A stretch of DNA of 64,000 nucleotides from an uncultured Bacillota bacterium (GCA_963804645.1 CAWDRG010000005.1:288001-352000); one strand, 5' to 3'. Positions 50,524 to 63,890 are shown, counted from the stretch's first letter. A program made the numbers and translations. The notes: generated by a model not told the origin, from the sequence alone.

Positions 50524-50994
50524 ATGATCGATCAACCGCGCAGAACCGACTCCGCGCCGGTGCCGCGTGGATCGTGGTGGTGGCAGGGCGTACAGATGTA
50601 CTGGTTTACGTCTGCGTTCGGGGCGGGATGGTTCCGGCCGCGATATGACTTCCCGCGGTTCGTCGAGCGCGGGCTTGGTACCCATATCTCGTCGACGCTA
50701 CGGGAGACGGCGCGTATTCTCGATGTCGGGACCGGGTATTCGATCTTGCCCCTCTGGCTCGCACGTCTCCGCAAGTACGAGGTCTATATCGTCGACAGCG
50801 AGGTGTATCTTTCCAACGTCGTCCGATTTCACGAGTCCGAGATCCGGAAGCTGCCTCAAACAGGATCCGGACGAAAAGCCGCGCGGGCTTTCCGCGACGG
50901 AAGGGGGCCGGGGCTTCGATATAGAAATTTCAAGATAGACGGAAATCTCGCGATAGGCGTTACTTCCGATGGGGTCGCCGAGGCGCATGCTTGA
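50524..50994 (+). pseudogene. Truncated class I SAM-dependent methyltransferase
   Basis: RILDVGTGYS motif I and YIVD, then loses fold-like sequence; too short for a full domain. Confidence 0.5.
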
Positions 50995-51676
50995 CACACA
51001 CACGTACTTGGAGCGGCTGCTTCCTCCCTGGTGGTTCGTCCTTCCGCGTCGCTGCAAGATCCCCGGCATGATCAGTCGTGAGGAGGCCCATTACTATCTT
51101 TGGCTGGGGCGCTACTACGAGGGGAAAGGCGAGGCCATAGAGCTTGGCCCGTGGCTCGGCCGATCGACGTTTTTCATCACACAGGGCCTGCTTAAGAGTC
51201 GCGCGTTTCTCAACAAGACGTTGCACGTATTCGACGATTTCATTTGGAAGAGTTGGATGGACCGTTACTACGCCGACCGGGATGACCGACCGGCGGAGGG
51301 CGCATCGTTTTTGCCGCTCTTTGAGCGATACGTGAAACCGTTTGACCGAGTCCTCACGGTGGAGCGGAGACGCATTTCGACGTGGACCGGGAATGCCGAC
51401 GTTCCCGGGATCGATTGGACCGGTCGACCCATTGAACTCATATACGTCGATTGCGGCAGAACGTTCGATGAAAACGAGGCCTGGTGGCGGATCTTTTCTC
51501 CTGCCTTCATACCCCGTCGCACGCTCATCGTCATGCAGGACTGGCAGACGTACAAGGAAACGCCGCCAAAATCCTACAATCAAACGAAAGAATTCACCGA
51601 TAGCAAAGGGAAGATCCTTCGCCTGCTTCACGCCTTGCGCCGTGGAGGAGTGGGGACGTTCGTGTTCGAGGGTTGA
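50987..51676 (+). CDS. Putative class I SAM-dependent methyltransferase-like protein
   Basis: AIELGPWLGRST, LHVFDDF, IELIYVD and IVMQD motifs. Confidence 0.65.
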   Translation: MLDTHTYLERLLPPWWFVLPRRCKIPGMISREEAHYYLWLGRYYEGKGEAIELGPWLGRSTFFITQGLLKSRAFLNKTLHVFDDFIWKSWMDRYYADRDDRPAEGASFLPLFERYVKPFDRVLTVERRRISTWTGNADVPGIDWTGRPIELIYVDCGRTFDENEAWWRIFSPAFIPRRTLIVMQDWQTYKETPPKSYNQTKEFTDSKGKILRLLHALRRGGVGTFVFEG

Positions 51677-51945
51677 TCAGTGGTGTTGCCAACGACGCCC
51701 GAGGATTCATCGACTCACGGCCCCGCCATTAGGGGCGAGGGAGTCACACGTAGAGCGGCAGCGCGGAGCGCGTTATCGCAGGCGTCGGCTGGAGCAGTTC
51801 AGGTCCGTCTGCCTCCGTCGGCAGCTTACGGCTCCGTGCTTTCAGTCTGATACTTTTCCACCGCCTCTCATCAACCCGTGCGTGACGGTCTCCGTCATAC
51901 GGCTTTCCAATATCTTCCGCAGGTCGCATGCTGCTTGTGCAAGGC

Positions 51946-54580
51946 TCAGGTACACTGAAACCCGACGCCGCCGCACAGCGTGGCCATCAGCACCCCCTTG
52001 TCGGTACTGCCGGTTCGGTAGGTCCGGCAGGTGAACCCGCCGGCGCACGTCGGAATGAACGTGGCGGGCGGATTGTCGGGATTCGCGGTCGTGTTCAGGG
52101 CCACGAGGCCGGAGTGGCCGCCGCCGGAAGTATAGTTGGGGGCCATGAGCCACTGCCTGCCGCTACCGTCCGTGTAGACGTCGATCCCCGGGGCGGCGAG
52201 CGGGTTGTTGTATGGGTTCGTGTCTCCGGTCGCGGTGATTTGTCCCGTCCGCCGCATGGTGGAGGGATTGTAGATCCGGATGCCGAGGTCGCCTTGGCTC
52301 ACATAGATCCGCCCGCTCGCCTTGCGGACCTCGCAGATGCCACCCGCGACTGGCATCAAGGATCCCTGCGCGACGTTGGGCGGGTTTCCGAACCACCCGG
52401 CATGCTGAGACACCAGCTTGATAACAGTCGTCGATGCCGGCAGACCGACGGCGCCGGTCACCGGTGACGGGCCGAAGACCTGCGAGCTCCCCGTGTACTG
52501 ATACTGCCCAAACACGCTCAACGTCGCCGCCAGCGGCGGCGCGGGCGGCAGTCCCGACACGATGATTGCATTGGACGGATTCGCCAGCGACAGTGCGTTT
52601 GACAGCGTCGACGTCCCGCAGCACACGCCGAAGGCGTCGAAGTAGGCGATCAGCATCCGGTAGGTGTACGGCGTCTCGACGCTCCCCCCCGTGCCCGCGG
52701 CGATGGTGGGTGCCGACACGAAGGTCATGAGCCGATCCGGAATATCCTCCGTCACGATCGGTGCGATGATGCCGAGGTTGCCGACCCCAAACGCCATGAC
52801 GCCGAGCGCAGAATCCGCGACCCACAGCGTGGAACCCGGCACGCCGCTGGCGCCGTCCAGGAACATCCCCGTGTGCAACTGCGTCCCAAACGGCCCCGTG
52901 TACGTCGCAACCGGCGTGAGCGCGTACGACGGAGCGGACCCCACCGAGTAGGTCACGATCTTGAGCCACCCATAGGCGTTGACGACGGCGGTCAGATGCT
53001 TCCCGTCCCACGCGGTGTTGACAAGCGTCGCATCCCCATAGCACACGAGCGGCGTCATCGCGCCGTTCTGGCACCGGAACAGATAGTCGTTGCCGTTGTC
53101 TGCCGCACCGGGTGCGATCCACAACGTCGGGTCCGTGCCCCCCGCCGTGGTGCCGAACGGCTGCAGTCGGCTGCCGATCAGGGTGCCCACGGTGCCAGTA
53201 GAGATCAGGTTGTCCCGCTGATCATGCACCTCATACGAGAAGCGGCACGTCGAATACACGTACTCGGCGGAGTCGCCCGCGACCGTCGTGGCCTGTCGCG
53301 TTTCCGCATTCGCGTAGCACGTCTGGAGTACGGCGGCCGCGCCGCCGGCGGCGACCTTCGAGACGTCGTAAATGACCGTGCCGCCTGGTCCCGGTCCCGT
53401 TCCCCCCTCGGACGAGAGCGCGAACTTGGTCCCGTCGGGGCTGACCGCCGTGTCGACGGCCGGACACGATATGGTGCCGCCCGGGCCGGACTGCGTCCAT
53501 CCCGGAATGGTGGTGATCAGGCGCAGCGCATCCGCAGCCCCGATCGCGAGCACGTCTGTTCCCGATTGATTCGCGTCGCCCCACGTCGCGTACAGGAGAT
53601 TGTGCACGCGGTCGAGTTTGAGGTTCCCGTACCCAGTTGCGCGCGCGGGCGCCTGGTAGACTGCGGCGCCGCCGATCAGCGCCGGCGCGGTCGGCGTCGT
53701 GAGGTCGTACGTCCGAATCACGTTCCCGTTCCCAGTGTACAGCCGGTTGCCGTTTGGCACGCCGACGTGCTGACTCGGCATCGTGGCGAGCAGCGCCGGT
53801 GCCGCCCCTCCGGCGAGGGGGGCCAGATTGAATAGGTACAGGTTCCCCGTTCCGTTGTCGCAGCACACGAGCCGTTGATTCGTCCGATCGATCTCCATGC
53901 CGTAGACGCCGTTCCACTGCGCTGCCGACTGGAACGTGTACGTCGCGCCGGTCTGGATGCTCGTCGCGGTCAGCGTGCCCGGCTGTCCGTTGTGCGCAAG
54001 GTAGACGTACCCGCTGTCGATCTGTACCGACTTGGCTGACGCCGTTGAAGGGCTTTGGCCAATTCGCGTTTGCCATCGCCATCGTCGAGCCGTTGAGCAC
54101 GTGTGCCTGCGGGACGATCGTGTTGTTGACCGCCACGTACCCCTTGAACTGCGCGCTTTTCCGCGGGTTGTTGTATACGGTGTTGTTGCAGGCGTAAGAG
54201 AACACGGTACTCTGCCCGCTCTGCGTGTCAATCCGGATGACCCCGCTGTCTCCCTCCTGGGTCGGTACGTACACGTACCGGCTGTCGTCACTGAAGGACG
54301 GGCCGCCCGCGAATCCCTGGAAGCTCGCTTTGGTCACGGGTCCCATGATCGCCGGTCCGGCATAGTTGCCATACACCGTCATGTCGCGAAGCTTCTGCCA
54401 GGTCCCCGTTGTGGTGGTCACCGATCCAGACCTGACGATCGGGGGCGCGGCGGGGTTCTGACTGGGCGCGGCGGACGCAACCCCGCCCATCGCCTCGCCC
54501 AACCCAATGGCGACCGCCAAACGTGCGCCGTGTCGGAGCAACGTCCTACGGCTATAGGTAGACCGGCGAGTGTGTGTCAT
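51946..54580 (-). CDS. Tat-exported beta-propeller (LVIVD-like) protein, copy 1 (frameshift near 54035)
   Basis: SRRTLL Tat motif; blades such as RTYDLTTPTAPALIG, IYVSQGDLGIRIYN and LVALNTTANPDNP. Confidence 0.72.
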
Positions 54581-54988
54581 CTGATCGATGCCTCCCCGGG
54601 CGCCGTCATACGACGGCGCCCTGTCGACGATGAGTGCGCCAAAAACCCGCCCATGCGGAAACCGGACCGGTCACGAAGTCACCGCGTTTCGTTGGCCTCC
54701 CCGACCGCACGACGAAGCGTCAAGGCAGCCATCCCGTCTCGTCATTGTACTGTGCACCCCGAAGCGTTATGCCCGTCAGAACTTCCGTTCCGGACGCCGA
54801 CGGAAAAAAATGTTCGATCGAGGGTGCGCCGCGGGTCCGTGCGCGTGCGGACGTGCGTGGCGCACACGATGGCGTGACTCCTAGGCGTCTCGCGCAGCGA
54901 GCCCAGCGCGAGACGGCGTCTAGAGGATGCCCACGAGCGGTATAACCAGGAGGACGACGCACGGAACGAGTGCGGTGGCATGACTACG

Positions 54989-55363
54989 GCATCGTTTTTG
55001 CCGCTCTTTGAGCGATACGGGAAACGGTGTGACCGAGACCTCACGGTGGAGCGGGGACGCATTTCGACGTGGGCCGGGAATGCTGACGTTCCAGAGATCG
55101 ATTGAACCGGTCGACCATTGAACTCATATACGTCGATTGCGGCAGAACGTTCGATGAAAACGACGCCTGGTGGCGGATCTTTTCTCCTGCCTTCATACCC
55201 CGTCGCACGCTGATCGTCAAGCAGGACTGGCAAGCGTACAAGGAAACGCCGCCAAAACCCTACAATCAAACGAAAGAATTCACCGATAGCAAAGGAAAGA
55301 TCCTGCGCCTGCTTCACGCCTTGCGCCGAGGAGGAGTGGGGACGTTAGTGTAGAAGGGTTGAT
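54989..55363 (+). pseudogene. Decaying 3' half of the duplicated methyltransferase-like gene
   Basis: Copy of 51302-51676 without a start, with new stops (TGG to TGA near 55103; TAG at 55351). Confidence 0.85.
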
Positions 55364-55580
55364 CAGTGGTGTTGCCAACGACGCCCGAGGATTCATCGAC
55401 TCACGGCCGCGCCATTAGGGGCGAGGGAGTCACAAGTAGAGCGGCAGCGCGGAGCGCGTTATCGCAGGCGCCGGCTGGAGCAGTTCAGGTCGGTCTGCCT
55501 CCGTCGGCAGCTTACGGCTCCGTGCTTTCAGTCTGATACTTTTCGACCGCCTCTCATCAACCCGTGCGTGACGGTCTCCG

Positions 55581-58265
55581 TCATACGGCTTTCCAATGTC
55601 TTCCGCAGGTCGCATGCTGCTTGTGCAAGACTGAGGTACACTGAAACCCGACGCCGCCGCACAGCGTGGCCATGAGCACGCCCTTGTCGGTACTGCCGGT
55701 TCGGTAGGTCCGGCAGGTGAACCCGCCGGCGCACGTCGGAATGAACGTGGCGGGGGGATTATCGGGATTCGCGGTCGTGTTCAGGGCCACGAGGCCGAGT
55801 GGCCGCCGCCGGAAGTATAGTTGGGGGCCATGAGCCACTGCCTGCCGCTCCCGTCCGTGTAGACGTCGATCCCCGGGGCGGCGAGCGGGTTGTTGTCTGG
55901 GTTCGTGTCTCCGGTCGCGGTGATTTGTCCCGTCCGCCGCATGGTGGATGGATTGTAGACCCGGATGCCGAGGTCGCCTTGGCTCACATAGATCCGCCCG
56001 CTCGCCTTGCGGACCTCGCAGATGCCACCCGCGACGGGCATCAAGGATCCCTGCGCGACGTTGGGCGGGTTTCCGAACCACCCGGCATGCTGAGACACCA
56101 GCTTGATAGCGTCGTCGACGCCGGCAGCCCGACGGCGCCGGTCACCGGCGACGGGCCGAAGATCTGCGGGCTCCCCGTGTACTGATACTGCCCAAACACG
56201 CTCAACGTCGCCGCCAGCGGCGGCGCGGGCGGCAGCCCCGACACGATGATTGCATTGGACGGATTCGCCAGCGACAGCGCGTTGGAGAGCGTCGACGTCC
56301 CGCAGCACACGCCGAAGGCGTCGAAGTAGGCGATCAGCATCCGGTAGGTGTACGGCGTCTCGACGCTTCCCCCGGTGCCCGCGGCGATGGTGGGTGCCGA
56401 CACGAAGGTCATGAGCCGATCCGGGATATCCTCCGTCACGATCGGTGCGATGATGCCGAGGTGGCCGACCCCAAACGCCATGACGCCCAGCGCAGAATCC
56501 GCGACCCACAGCGTGGAACCCGGCACGCCGCTGGCGCCGTCCAGGAACATCCCCGTGTGCAACTGCGTCCCAAACGGCCCCGTGTACGTCGCAACCGGCG
56601 TGAGCGCGTAGGACGGAGCGGACCCGACCGAGTAGGTCACGATCTTGAACCACCCATAGGCGTTGACGACGGCGGTCAGATGTTTCCCGTCCCACGCGGT
56701 GTTGACGAGCGTCGCATCCCCATAGCACACGAGCGGCGTCATTGCGCCGTTCTGGCACCGGAACAGATAGTCGTTGCCGTTGTCTGCCGCACCGGGTGCG
56801 ATCCGCAACGTCGGGTCCGTGCCCCCCGCCGTGGTGCCGAACGGCTGCAGTCGGCTGCCGATCAGGGTGCCCAGGGTGCCGGTAGAGATGAGGTTGTCCA
56901 GCTGGATCATGCACCTCATACGAGAAGCGGCACGTCGAATACACGTACTCGGCGGAGTCGCCCGCGACCGTCGTGGCCTGTCGCGTTTCCGCATTCGCGT
57001 AGCACCGCTGGAGTACGGCGGCCGCGCCGCCGGCGGCGACCTTCGAGACGTCGTAAATGACCGTGCCGCCTGGTCCCGGTCCCGTTCCCGCCCTCGGACG
57101 AGAGCGCGAACTTGGTCCCGTCGGGGCTGACCGCCGTGTCGACGGCCGGACACGATATGGTGCCGCCCGGGCCGGACTGCGTCCATCCCGGAATGGTGGT
57201 GATCAGGCGCAGCGCATCCGCAGCCCCGATCGCGAGCACGTCTGTTCCCGATTGATTCGCGTCGCCCCACGTCGCGTACAGGAGATTGTGCACGCGGTCG
57301 AGTTTGAGGCTCCCGTACCCGGTTGCGCGCGCGGGCGCCTGGTAGACTGCGGCGCCGCCGATCAGCGCCGGCGCGGTCGGCGTCGTGAGGTCGTACGTCC
57401 GAATCACGTTCCCGTTCCCGGCGTACAGCCGGTTGCCGTTTGGCACGCCGACGTGCTGACTCGGCATCGTGGCGAGCAGCGCCGGTGCCGCCCCTCCGGC
57501 GAGGGGGGCCAGATTGAATAGGTACAGGTTCCCCGTTCCGTTGTCGCAGCACACGAGCAGTTGATTCGTCCGATCGATCTCCATGCCGTAGACGCCGTTC
57601 CAGTGCGCTGCCGACTGGAACGTGTACGTCGCCCCGGTCTGGATGCTCGTCGCGGTCAGCGTGCCCGGCTGTCCGTTGTGCGCAAGGTAGACGTACCTGC
57701 TGTCGATCTGTACCGACTGGCTGACGCCGTTGAAGGGTTTCGGCCAATTCGCGTTTGCCATCGCCATGGTCGAGCCGTTGAGCACGTGTGCCTGCGGGAC
57801 GATCGTGTTGTTGACCGCCACGTACCCCTTGAACTGCGCGCTTTTCCGCGGGTTGCTGTATACGGTGTTGTTGCAGGCGTAAGAGAACACGGTACTCTGC
57901 CCGCTCTGCGTGTCAATCCGGATGACCCCGCTGTCTCCCTCCTGGGTCGGTACGTACACGTACCGGCTGTCGTCGCTGAAGGACGGGCCGCCCGCGAATC
58001 CCTGGAAGCTCGCTTTGGTCACGGGTCCCATGATCGCCGGTCCGGCATAGTTGCCATACACCGTCATGTCGCGAAGCTTCTGCCAGGTCCCCGTTGCGGT
58101 GGTCACCGATCCAGACCTGACGCTCGGGGGCGCGGCGGGGTTCTGACTGGGCGCGGCGGACGCAACCCCGCCCATTGCCTCGCCCAACCCAATGGCGACC
58201 GCCAGACGTGCGCCGTGTCGGAGCAACGTCCTACGGCTATAGGTAGACCGGCGCGTGTGTGTCAT
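55581..58265 (-). CDS. Tat-exported beta-propeller protein, copy 2 (several frameshifts; stop TGA changed to TCA)
   Basis: Near-identical to copy 1; indels near 57090, 56900, 56110 and 55797. Confidence 0.65.
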
Positions 58266-58834
58266 CTGATCGATGCCTCCCCGGGCGCCGTCATACGACG
58301 GCGCCCTGTCGACGATGAGTGCGCCAAAAACCCGCCCATGCGGAAACCGGACCGGTCACGAAGTCACCGCGTTTCGTTGGCCTCCCCGACCGCACGACGA
58401 AGCGTCAAGGCAGCCATCCCGTCTCGTCATTGTACTGTGCACCCCGAAGCGTTATGCCCGTCAGAACTTCCGTTCCGGACGCCGACGGAAAAAAATGTTC
58501 GATCGAGGGTGCGCCGCGGGTCCGTGCGCGTGCGGACGTGCGTGGCGCACACGATCGCGTGACTCCTAGGCGTCTCGCGCAGCGAGCCCTGCGCGAGACG
58601 GCGTCTAGAGGATGCCCACAAGCGGTATAACCAGGAGGACGACGCACGGTACGCGTGCGGTGGCATGACTACGGCATGCGAACCCACCTTCATCCCCGGG
58701 TTCCTCCAGCTCGGGCCCCAGAAGAACCCGTCCTACCCTTCCTGGAAACGGCGCCCACCGGAATGGCCGCACCTGCGGACGAGTTCTCATCCACCTCTTC
58801 ATCCTCGGCTGCCCGGACGGCGTGGCCGCCCGCC

Positions 58835-60980
58835 TTACGGGTAGTTCTCGATGGACAGCCGCTCGATGCCCCAGAGCGGACAGCGCATGATCGTTCCCCC
58901 CAGATAGCGGCTGCGGAAGTTAGGAGAGTTTCGTCCCGGCCATGATGCGAACAGGCCGGGGTTGTCTGGCGTCCGCCGCAGGTCGAACACGTACACACCC
59001 TCGTTGGAGAAGTGCTGGATCCCGTCCCCATAATGCGAGATGACGAGCAGATCGTCACGCACCGTGTCGAGAAAACACACGAAGTAGCCAGGGATCGCGC
59101 CCGTCTGCGACAATCGCGACACGTCGTAGATACGGACGCTGCCGCTTCCGCAGCCCACGTAGACGCGGTTCCTCGCGACCGCGAGGCCGCAGTGCGGCCC
59201 ATTGATCGCATACGAAAACTTGTCCTGGCGAAGCAGCCGGGGCGCCGCCGGAGTGCTGACGTCCACGGCCACGACACCGCAGTTCTCGCCGGTGCCCCAC
59301 AGTGTGGTGCCGCTGAGCGCGACCGCCCGCAGGACCCCGGACGTCCCGCCGGAGAGGTCCGGGATCTGCAGCGCGCCCACGGGCGTCAGCGCGTACCCGT
59401 CGGCGGCTGACCCGACCGTGTAGACCACGACGCCGGTGGTGCCGCCCTGATAGAGGTGCGTCCCGTCGAACGCCAGGGCGAAACTCGTCTCGTTGTCCCA
59501 GTGAAATGACGTCTTGGCGATCGCACCCCGGGCGAGCGACCACCCCGTGATGCCCTGATTGCCGGCAAACCCGCCGGGACACAGCACGAGTCCGTCCTTG
59601 AACGGAATCCACGCCCCTTCGTGATAATCGCCGTCATAGAACGTGCTGACGAGCGCACCCCGCGGATCGTAAGACGCGATTAGATAGTCCCCGAACGAGT
59701 AGGTGTATCCCGCCGCGTCTACGTACACGTCCCGGGATTCCCCGGCCGTCGGCAACGCCCCAACCGGCGTGATGACGTCGCGGCCGACGGAATGGAACCG
59801 CACGCCATAATTATAATACGTGACGGCCGCCACCCCGCCCGACGAAACGGTGAGCCCGAGCGGGACGGCGCTCGTCCGGTCGGTCAGTCGCCACTCGTTC
59901 GTGGTCAGGAGCGCGGGGGCATTCCCACTGACATCGAAGATTGCAAGTCCGGCCGATTTGCCAGGATCCGCTGCGTGCGTCCCGATATTGGCTGTCGAAT
60001 ACAGCGCGTACACCCGGGTGCCCTCGGCGTTCGCCTGGAGCTGCCCGTAGGCGGTGACCACGTTGCCGCCGGCCGGGGAGTCGTAGACAGGGCTGTTCGC
60101 GTATCGGCCCAGTAAGCGCGGCGCCGTCGCGCTCGAGATGTCCCAGCACTGCAGCTCTCCGCTCGGATCGGTCCACAACCGTGTCCCGGCGGTCGCGAGA
60201 TTGCCGGTCGGACATTTGAACGAGCCCCGTAGCACCGGCGCATCGGGGCGCGAGACGTCGAACAGGAACACCGTGTCCGGGCCGAACACCGAGACGGCCA
60301 GCACGATTGACGTGTTCGTTGAGCGCGATCCCGTAGATGGTCTGCGCGCGGCCTCCGTTGGACCAGTCCATGCCCGGGACGGTGACGCCGGCGCGTTCCG
60401 CGCCGTGAGCGTCCAGCACCACGACACGGCCGGGATTCGACTCCAGGGGCACATATACGTACGCGCCGTTCGTCGCGATCGCGTGCCCGGGGGCCGGCAT
60501 CCGCTTCGCCCACAGGACCGCCCACGAGGACGGATCGACCCGGCTGACCGTGGTGTTGCCGAGCGACGTGGAGAACGCAAGCAGCCCACCGCGCTGTGCA
60601 ACCGCCCACGCCTCGTAGGTCGGTCCGCCGATGTAGGCCGTGAGTCGCGGGCGGGACGGCGCGCTCGCGTCGATGCGAAGGGCCGCCATAAAGTCCGATC
60701 CCCATTGGCCAAATACAGCGTCGTGCCGTCGTCGCTCCAGGCTGCCCCGTCGGCGTTGCCCTGGCCGGTCACGCTCGTGTGCTGCAGACGCAGACCTCTC
60801 GGCGGGCGAGATGGCACCCTGCGCCATCGGCACCGCCACGTTCCGGACCGCCTGGACGAGTTTGTCGATCCGGTGCCCGAAAATCGGCGTGCACGCCTGC
60901 ACGCCACCGCCGAGGACGGTCGCAAGCGTCGCCGCCAACCGGACGAACGACCTGCGGGACAGCGCCAGCCGGCGTGTCAT
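58835..60980 (-). CDS. Third Tat-exported LVIVD-like beta-propeller protein, possible lipoprotein (frameshifts near 60715 and 60310)
   Basis: SRRSFV Tat motif, VQAC lipobox-like; FLFDVSRPDAP, WDISSATAP and VAVDVSTPAAP repeats. Confidence 0.72.
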
Positions 60981-62645
60981 GAGCGCGCGTACGCTGGAAC
61001 GGCCCATTCTGCATCCCGGGCCGTGTGCGCCACAATCGAGAATGACCGCGAGAGGTTACGCACCCGGACCCGCTCGTCGACCCGCGCCTTGTCCCTGATC
61101 CTCCCGTCCGCCCAGCACCACGTCCGTTGCAGCGATTCCACCAGGGACACGAGCGCCCGAGCCAGCACCCGCGGCATCTTGGGAACCGGCCTGTTGCGGG
61201 CGACGGCCACCAACGCGGGCCAAGCCGGATTGGGGGCGATCGCGCCGATCGCGAACCCGCCGCAGTCGACGAAATTCGAGGTCCCGAGACGGGCGTGATG
61301 GTCGACGCTGTGGCTGTGGTACGATTCCACTACGGGCACACCCCCAATCAGGGTGGCGTCCAGCGACTCATCCTTCAGTCCGACATACTCGAAGCGTGCT
61401 CGCACATCTCGCGGTGGCGCGCAGTGCCGCGACCCCACAGCGGCTCGGCCGGGGCGCGCGCGACTGTGGATCAACTTGCACACGGCGGACCCCCGCTCTC
61501 GATGCGTCGGGTGCCGCTGGAGCCGCGCCGGACGCCGCGGAGTACGGCGGGATCAGGAAGTCGCGGAAATGGTCGGGATCACCGTCCATGCCCGCCTCGG
61601 CCGCTTTTGCGATGTTGTATGCCTCGCGCGCCGTCACGTAGTGCAGCCGGTACGCCCGACCATCATTGTACACGCGTTCGAAGCCGGAGAAGAACTCATG
61701 CATGCCGTCTCCAAGCAGCAGGTCGAGGGTCTCCGCATCCTGACACCCGTGAGTGTGCACCTTGACAAAAATCCAATCCGGGCGCCCGGGAACGTGCACG
61801 GCCGAGCGCACCCACTGGGCCGCCCGCGCCAGTGAGGGAGGATTGTTGGCGCTGATATCGCTCCCACCGAGCGCCGGGCCCTGAAAGATGACGAGGGCGT
61901 CTTCGCCCGACCGTCCCACGCGCAGATCGCGGCCGGTATTGTGGGACTTCGGCCGGCGCGGATCGTCAGGGGCATAGTAGATGCTGTTGATCTTGGCCGG
62001 CTGCATGGCCCCCCAGGCGGGAAACGTGAAATCCGCGTAGCAGCCCGTGTCGAGCAGTACCTCGAGCTCGTTGTTGACGCCGCACCAGCCGTAATCGCCG
62101 CGCATTCGACGGCTGTTGTCGAGCGCCCATGCGCCGTGAATGACGGCATACCGCGCCTCGACCCCACGCGTCGGTCCGCACCCCGGCCCGCTCGAAATCG
62201 AGCAGCGCGGCGCCGATCAACTCCCGCAGCTGCGGACCGGACTCCACCTCGTCGAACACATTGTGGCGCGCCCGGCCTGCGGCGTACCCGCGGCCATGGT
62301 GAAGGTGCAGTTCGATTTCCCCGCAGCCTTGTTCGCATGCCTCCCGGAGGGTGTGTAGCAGCGGCACATTGTCGGTTTCGTCCGAGTACAGGTAAAACCA
62401 CGTGTGTTGCGGCGGGTGCCCGCCGCTGTCGGCGTGCCGCAGCGCCACCCGGGGGTACTCCTCCACCCACCGCTGCACCTCGGATCGGGTGAGCGTGAGC
62501 GCACGTCCCTCGAAGTGGTCACAGAACAGAAACATGACGTGGATCGGCCTGGGGCGCGGCCGTAGGCCGCGCAGTCGCCGAGCCCCCCGAGGAACTTCAG
62601 GGCCTCCCACACATGGCGCGGTGTGCTGTAGCGGTTGATAAGCAT
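60977..62645 (-). CDS. Conserved hypothetical His-rich, polysaccharide deacetylase-like protein (frameshifted; 3' end uncertain)
   Basis: CDHFE, PPQHTWFY, EIELHLHH, IHGAWALDNS, WCGVNNEL, CYADFTFP, FVKVHTHG and LHYVTARE motifs spread over several frames. Confidence 0.62.
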
Positions 62646-63890
62646 CACGCGTCCCTTGAAGGTTCCGACGCCGGGCGTTTGGACGCTCGCGGTGTCGCGT
62701 GCTGGGCCCTGAGCGCCGCGCGCAGACGCGGGGCGAGGTGCGTCCCACGACAAGCTCTCCGCCGACGCTGCGGCAGCGCGCGCGCACCTCGGCCTCGCGC
62801 GCTAGCGCCACCACTGCATCCAGCGCGCCCGGCCAGGTCGCCGGGTCGTCGGGCTCCATCACGACGCCGACGCGGCGCGCGTCACGAGCCGCGAGTAATC
62901 GCCCACGTAGGTGACGTAATCACGGGTACCCCGCACGCGAGGTACTCCGCGAACTTGACCGGGGCCGACACTTCATTGATGACGGTCCCTTTTCGAAGGA
63001 GAAACGCCGCGTCGGCAACCGCCAGCTGCTGCCCGACGTCGGTATGCGGCACGGTCTTGACCCGGTACGCGTTCGGGTCGAGGTCGACGAGCGCCTGGCG
63101 CCACACCTCACGTCTGGTGAGAGCACCAGCAGGAACGCCTCGGGCAGCCGTGCCCGCGCCATCCGATAGAAGGCGACCGTCTCGTCGATGCATTGCCACG
63201 GGGCTGCCCCGCCACTGTACACGAAGACGAACCGATCCGATACCCCGGCGGCCCGGCGCAGCTCCGCACGTTCGCGCGGCATAATCCGGAAACCGTGATA
63301 GGTGGACGCCGCAGGGTACCACGACGGTGTGCCGCACCCCGTATTCACGGCGGCAGTACTCCGCCATGCGCTCGGAGACCACCACCACCGCGTCGAAGTG
63401 CCGCAGGAACCGGCGCTCCAGGTGCTTATTCAGGGCGAACTTCCAGCGGTCGACCTTCGCGGCCGGTGAGCAGGAACTCCTCGGCGATCCCATGATGGAC
63501 GTAGAGACACCGGGAGTACTTGCCGCGGAGGAACGGGCCGAGCGGCAGCAGCCCGGCCCGACGATGACGCAGGCAGTGCTCCGGCCGGCTTCGCTGCGCG
63601 CCATGCGCCAGCCGAGAAGTTGGCCCACACTAGCTCAAAGAACCGCCACAGTACCGCCGGCAGCGCGCCGGCCCAACGGCCCAGCGGCGGCGCGGCAATC
63701 TCGAACGAGGGCGCCTCGTCAGCGGCGGCGGCGGATTCGGTCACGCGCTGTTGGAGAAACACCGCCCGCACCGTATCGCCCTCACGCCGCAACGCGTCGA
63801 CGAGCGCGCTCGAGTAGACGCGGGCGCCGCGCGACCCCTGAATGTCGCCGAACCCGAAACACAAAAGACGCCCGGGAGCCGGTCGGTCAT
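62645..63890 (-). CDS. GT4 glycosyltransferase (multiple frameshifts)
   Basis: VVVSERM, VPCGV, FVYSGGAAPWQ and APVKFAEYLACGVPVI motifs. Confidence 0.75.

Larger units (their letters stand above)
51302..58677. repeat. Direct tandem duplication, unit about 3.69 kb
   Basis: 51302-54988 matches 54989-58673 with scattered SNPs and indels; GCAT at all three boundaries. Confidence 0.95.

Noticed and set aside
58571..58600. 12-bp stem hairpin (and its imperfect copy near 54886-54915) as a riboswitch or mobile-element end
   Set aside because: No recognisable aptamer; the second copy is explained by the tandem duplication.
8820..63890. Frameshifts in slt, the Mo-subunit, the Zn-dehydrogenase, glycosyltransferases and propeller genes as programmed frameshifting or phase variation
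   Set aside because: They are scattered across unrelated genes, often at short G/C runs, with no shared slippery motif. Long-read indel error is the simpler explanation.
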